64,000 bases of DNA, from assembly GCA_013239625.1 (NCBI GenBank), contig MU053934.1:1395285-1459284 (forward strand), read 5' to 3'. Positions 58,989 to 64,000 of the stretch are shown piece by piece. Positions within the stretch are counted from its first letter, which is position 1; each line of letters begins with the position of its first letter. The stretch comes from Lama guanicoe. Its lineage: Eukaryota. The notes below the pieces were generated by a model. The model had not been told where the DNA came from. It saw only the letters and a program-made list of their open reading frames with translations, and searched no databases. The position numbers and the translations under genes were made by a program.

Positions 58989-59319
58989 TTATGGAGTGTC
59001 TGTTTTCTGTCCTGCAATGCCCAGATCTTAAGTCTTTTTCTTTGTGGAAGGGAAGGAAACGCTTATTACCACAATGCACCTTGGATGTAAGTGTGCCCAT
59101 GAATGATGTGTGTGAGTGTGCCCATTCTACAGATGGGGAAAGTGAAGGCAGCATCATGTTGAGGTCACACAAATAGCAGAACTTGATTAAACCTGGTCCA
59201 TCCAGCTGTAAAGGCCATGCTTTCTACATTAACCCACACTGTATTCTCTGAAACCATTCCCTCCGCTCCTGCAAGAGGACTTCATCACTGGAAACAACAA
59301 TGTTGAACGTTGATGGGCA

Positions 59320-59575
59320 AGTCTCAAAGGATGGTTCGTGGAGCAGCCACAGCCTTGCTGGAGAACTTGTTAGAAATGCAATTTCTGGGCCCTAACCCAG
59401 ACCTATTACATCAGAAACTCTGAGGGTGGGGGCCATGAATCTGGTTTAACAAGCGAGAAATCTGCCCCTCGAGCCCTCCACAGGGCCCGGCACACAGCAG
59501 AGGCTAATAAATGACAGATGAATGGGCTAGGAAGGGAAACCTCCAGGAGATTCTGATGCACACTAGAATATGAGC
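59320..59575. mobile_element. MER5A hAT-Charlie MITE split by an ~85-bp insertion (59455-59539)
   Basis: gaacttgttagaaatgcaatt...cagaaactctgagggtgggg...tttaacaagc | cctccaggagattctgatgcacac. Confidence 0.8.
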
Positions 59576-60179
59576 CTTTCTGTCAAAAGCAAACACATAA
59601 GCTTCATTTTAGTTTAATTAGGTATTTGCTGAGCCGTTTGCCAGGGCTGGGGTGCAGAGATAGGCCAGACAAGGCCCCTGACCTCAAAGAGTTCCCAGCC
59701 CGGTAGTAAGAGCCAGATCAGCCTCCAGCATCCACCGAACCAACAGCTCAGAGTTGGGGGCATTTGCAACCAGCGTTCATGTTTCCTTGGCCATAGACAA
59801 CACTTTCAAACCTCCAGGTCTTCATAGGTTCACCCTGCCTGCCTCCACCCTCTACATCCCAAAGCCTCCTACCTTTGCTTCAGAGTCCAGCTTGAATATC
59901 ACCTCCCAGAGGCTCCCAGCAGAATTTTAGCCCCTCACCTAGGAGGGGTCCCCGAGCAGGATTCAAGGCTAATCACGCTGCTTTAGCAGTGCTTGCAGAA
60001 CAATGCTCTCTCCCACCAGTGTTCCATCCCTCGTCTGCCCCTCGAGCCCTCCACAGGGCCTGGCACACAGCAGAGGCTAATAAATGACAGATGAATGGGC
60101 TAGGAAGGGAATTAAAAGCAGCCTTGAAGGACAGAAAAGGCTCAAAGGCACAGCCTGAGAGGGTGCGGGCTCTACACTT

Positions 60180-60346
60180 TGCTCCTCCGAGCGCGGTCCC
60201 TGGGCCGGCAGCATCGGCACCGGCATCCCCTGGGAGCTTGTTAGCAACACACAGTCTCAGGACGGTCCAGACCCACTGAGTCAGAGACTGCATTCCAACA
60301 AGATGCCCAGGTGACTCGCGCATTTTAAAGTTTGAGAAACTCTGTG
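60180..60346. mobile_element. MER5A-like MITE (others at about 28860 and 57190)
   Basis: gcagcatcggc...cctgggagcttgttagcaa...cagacccactgagtcagagactgcatt...aaagtttgagaaactctg. Confidence 0.8.
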
Positions 60347-62620
60347 AGGGGCCCTCTCACCTGCTCTGCGTTTCTGTTCAAGGAATTATAATTAGGGTTG
60401 GTTTTATGGATCAAGAACACAGCTACAGGTACTGTCAGCTGAAGCCACTTTCTTCTCCACTGGGAAAACTCCCAGACTTGACAGGAAAATTGAGGCGCCC
60501 ACGGACAAACAAGCCGCTAATTTCCCCTCCCGCGGGACACAGCTGCTGGGCAGAATCTCGAGAAGGAAACAAGAGGTGTCGCTTTCTCTGTCGGCCAAGC
60601 TATCAGCCTTGCAAAGACTTCCAAGAAAGAGACACAGAGCTTAGTTCTGGTCAAAAAGTCTCCACTCATCTAAGAATGCAATCAGTAACAACACAGGGAA
60701 GTCGGTGGCCCTGGGAGATCCATCTCCCTGCGTATTTATGGGGCTTAGATCCCGGGGTGGCAGGGAGCTTTGGGGAACCGGACAGCATCTGTGCCTGCTT
60801 CCCGGAGATCCTGATTCCCTGCCCAAGAATTATGGGGTGTCCTTTGTCTCTGCTCGATAACACCCTGGAGTTACAGAGCCATTTAGAAACGAATTGGCTC
60901 ATTTTTCTCCCCCCGCCTTGTACATGGTGACAGGTCGCCCTGGCCTAGGAGTTATTAAAGGGACAAATAGGATACTTTGCCCATTCCGTCTGGCCTGTGT
61001 CTGGCTTCCCTGGCCTCGCTCTGTCACCAGCAGGCCCTAAGCTTAACTCCTCATCAGAGATATAATATTTGAGGGGGAAAAAAATTGAAAAATTGAGAGG
61101 TAGGTATTTTATTTTATTCCAAATAGGTTCCCCACCCCCACCCCAGGAGAGAAAACACAGCATTCTTTTCCTGAAAACTTTCCCATTTCCCCCGCCCCAA
61201 ATCTGCCATACCTTATAATCCCATGAGCACACAGTGATAATACTGGGTTTATTTTTCCCCAAATTTGCAAATCTCTTAAAATTAAACCGACCACAAGAGT
61301 AGGATTGAGACAAGGCATTTAACCTCCCTGGACCCCAGTTTCCCCATATGTGGGGTTGATAATTCCAACTGCTGAGGTCACTCACTTCAAGGAAGGTGCT
61401 TCATGCACGCAGTGCCTGGGGCGTGGGAAGTGCCCAGTAGTTATTAATTCATGTCCATCTACAAAGTGTTATTTTAAGACTATTAACTGTCATTTACTGA
61501 GCTGATGTATCTCAGGCTCTCCAGGAAGCTGGCATCACTTGTCACAGGCCTGGTGGGGTGGGGTAAGCTTTGGCCCTGCCATGTATTCTGGGATGGGACA
61601 TCGGGTGAGTCATTTGCCTCCCTGAGCATCCTTGTCTGTGAAATAAGGATGCTAATAAAGATAGCACACAGGGATGGAGGGAGAGTTACATGAGAATATA
61701 TTTAGAAACCCATTAGGAGCAGGGCTTGGAATGAGGTGAACCACCATCATATTTAATCTTCACAGGAACCTTGGTTGTAGCTGTCACTGTCCCCACTAGA
61801 CCGATGAGGACCCTGAGACTCACCTACAATATCTGCTGAAGGTCACACAGCCAGCAAGCGGCAGAGGCAGGAATTAAACGTGAGGGTCTGATGCCACTGG
61901 GCCATGCTGATTTCTGAGTCAAACCAGCTCAGCTTCAGAGAAACCAGTAGAGCTGCCCCTGCACTTGCCCTGGAGGTGGTGGCCACCACACTTGCAGGCA
62001 CGTAACAGAACAGGGCAACCTGGACCCAGAGGCGAGTTGGATACTCACTGCTTCCATGAGAGCCTCTTCCTCCCCCTTCTCCGCTCTGCTCTGCACCAGG
62101 AGGCTGGCCTCCTTGGCTATAACAAGAAGCTCCCTGGCCCTCTGGCTCCCAGTGGGATGCAGCCAGTGGGAGGCAGCAGAGGGAGGCTGGAGGGCAGGAG
62201 GAGAGAGAGGCAGGAGCACTTATGCCCCGGCTCCCTCCGTGCTGGGCTGCCACAGACAATGGCCATCTTCCCAACCCAAAGCCCCTGCTCCTGGTGGCCT
62301 CTCCTACAGCTGCAACTCCCTCCAGCTCCTGAACAGCTCCCTCCTTTGCATCGTCAGGCCAAGGGCCAGTGGTGCCTCTAGATATTTCCAGGCCCAGGAA
62401 GTTTCACCAGCCCTTGAAGTTATCCTTGCTCCACCTCCAGCAAAGCCAGATGGAACTCCTGCAATCATCAGGTCCCCTCAGTTCACAGGGGAGGATTCTG
62501 AGACCCAGAGAGGACAAGGGCCATGCGTTAGTAGAGCTGTGACCACAACATGCCACCCTGGCAAGGACATGCTTCTCAAGGCTGTGACATCCCTTAGCCT
62601 GCTGCCTCTCCGGGGTAGGC

Positions 62621-62991
62621 TGTCCCTGTCTGCTCAGGCTGCTGTAACAAAAATGTCACAGACAGGGTGGCTTGTAAACAACAGAAATGTATTCCTCACT
62701 GTTCTGGGAGCTGAGAAGTCCAAGATCGAGGTGCCAGCAGATTTGGTGTCAGTGAGGGCCAAGATCCTGGCTCACAGTGATGCCTGTTTTCTCAGTGTAA
62801 CCTCCCTCAGAGGAGGGCACAAGGGAGCTCTGTGGGGCCTCTGTCATAAGGGCATGAATCCCATTCATGAGGGTTCCACCCTCATGACCTAAGCACCTCC
62901 CGGAGGCCCCACCTCCTAACACCATCACACTGGGGGCTAGCATTTCAACATATGGATTTAGGGTGTGGGCACAAACACTCAGTCTACAGCA
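62621..62991 (-). mobile_element. MaLR solo LTR (MLT1A-like)
   Basis: ctgctcaggctgctgtaacaaaa...gagaagtccaagatcgaggtgccagcagatttggtgtc...atcccattcatgagggttccaccctcatgaccta...catttcaacatatg. Confidence 0.85.
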
Positions 62992-63089
62992 GAAGGACTG
63001 TCTGTTTCCTTTGGTCCTCACTCGCTGCGGTATGTTTTCATCATCAAGTATCTGTAAGACCCCAGGGGACTCCCACATCCTCTGGGCCT

Positions 63090-63680
63090 TTGTTTCCTTT
63101 ACTGAAATGACTGGATTCATGAAAGCAGCTCTTTAGCCCCTTTCCCGTTCACCCATTTCTGTCCCCCTCTAACCTTAAGCAACCCTAATTATAGGAATGA
63201 GATCACCAAGCCGTTGCAACTACCTCCTGTCTTGTGCTCTCCTGAATGCACGCCATGCCTTGTCTAACCTGTTGATTCTTCTCCTAGATGAAGTAAGAAT
63301 GAAGAATGAAGTAGTTGAAGAATGACTAGCTCTCTACTTGCAACAGCCCCCTCAGCAATCCTGCAGGCAGATCGGCAGATCACCCGGGCAAGATAACATC
63401 TGAAGAGACAGCCAGCCAGTCTGCATAGAAAGGAGAAAGATGCAGAACCCAACCTCCTGCCTCAGTGACTCACTGAGATCCTCCTCCCACCTTTTTTTTT
63501 TTTCTCTCCTTTAAAAACTGTCATGGGAGCAGAATCTTCAGAGTTGGTCTCTGGACATGAGTCTGTCTTCTCCCCAGATTGCCAGCTTTTCTGATTAAAG
63601 CACCTTTCCTTTCTACTGACACTTGCCTCTCAAATTATTGGCTTTTGAGCAGCGAGCAGCCAAGCTTGAGTTTGGTAACA
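63090..63680 (+). mobile_element. ERV1-class solo LTR (5' boundary uncertain)
   Basis: TATA-like tttaaaaa, polyA signal attaaa (~63594), 3' end ggcttttgagcagcgagcagccaagcttgagtttggtaaca typical of MER34/MER39-group LTRs. Confidence 0.6.
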
Positions 63681-64000
63681 TTCAGACTGGCTGATGGACA
63701 TAGTCCAGGATCGACTCCCCTTCTGAGAGCTGCCATTCTGTTGAAAGATTCCTACAAGCCAGAATTTCCAAAGGAGGCAAAGGAAGGAGGAAAAGATTCT
63801 GCCTTCTCTGATGAACCAGTAAAGGATCATTAAGCACTGAGAAGTAGAAAGCGAGACAAAAATGCTTAATAATTGCCAGAGATTGTTTGTGAGGAATGGC
63901 AGAGAGGAAAGAAATGGGGGAAATGAACGATTTCAAGCCTGCAGAGTGGTTTTGCTCCCAGAGGACCTAAGAAAGATGCTTAAAGTCCAACTCCCTTTGA

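Noticed and set aside
62056..62892. 278-aa ORF, the longest in the track
   Set aside because: Runs through LTR- and MIR-derived sequence including the MLT1A-like element; no protein family signature.

Overview
Mammalian genomic DNA, very probably a camelid (camel, alpaca or llama), judged from tRNA-Ala-derived SINEs and the L1 3' UTR types. The first 5.5 kb holds the last three coding exons of ISX (intestine-specific homeobox, paired-like Q50 homeodomain) on the + strand: 2361-2512, 4119-4235 and 5141-5428. All have canonical AG/GT junctions; the first coding exon lies upstream of the window. The remaining ~58 kb has no recognisable protein-coding gene. It is a mosaic of old repeats (L2, MIR, CR1/L3, hAT MERs, MLT/ERV LTRs), younger L1/SINE insertions, microsatellites, one minisatellite and several unique motif-dense islands that look like enhancers. 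Almost all ORFs in the supplied track are spurious or L1 remnants. I cannot support a wholly new biological system here. Best leads: (1) a +1 frameshift in a T7 run in the last ISX exon, plus loss of the ancestral stop codon; (2) downstream islands with paired-class P3 sites, CDX/GATA motifs, shared 12-mers and a duplication-born DR5; (3) a 78-bp locally templated insertion; (4) an unexplained ~420-bp insert inside a DNA transposon. Repeat family names and human ISX comparisons come from memory, not from database searches, and repeat boundaries are approximate unless TSDs are given.
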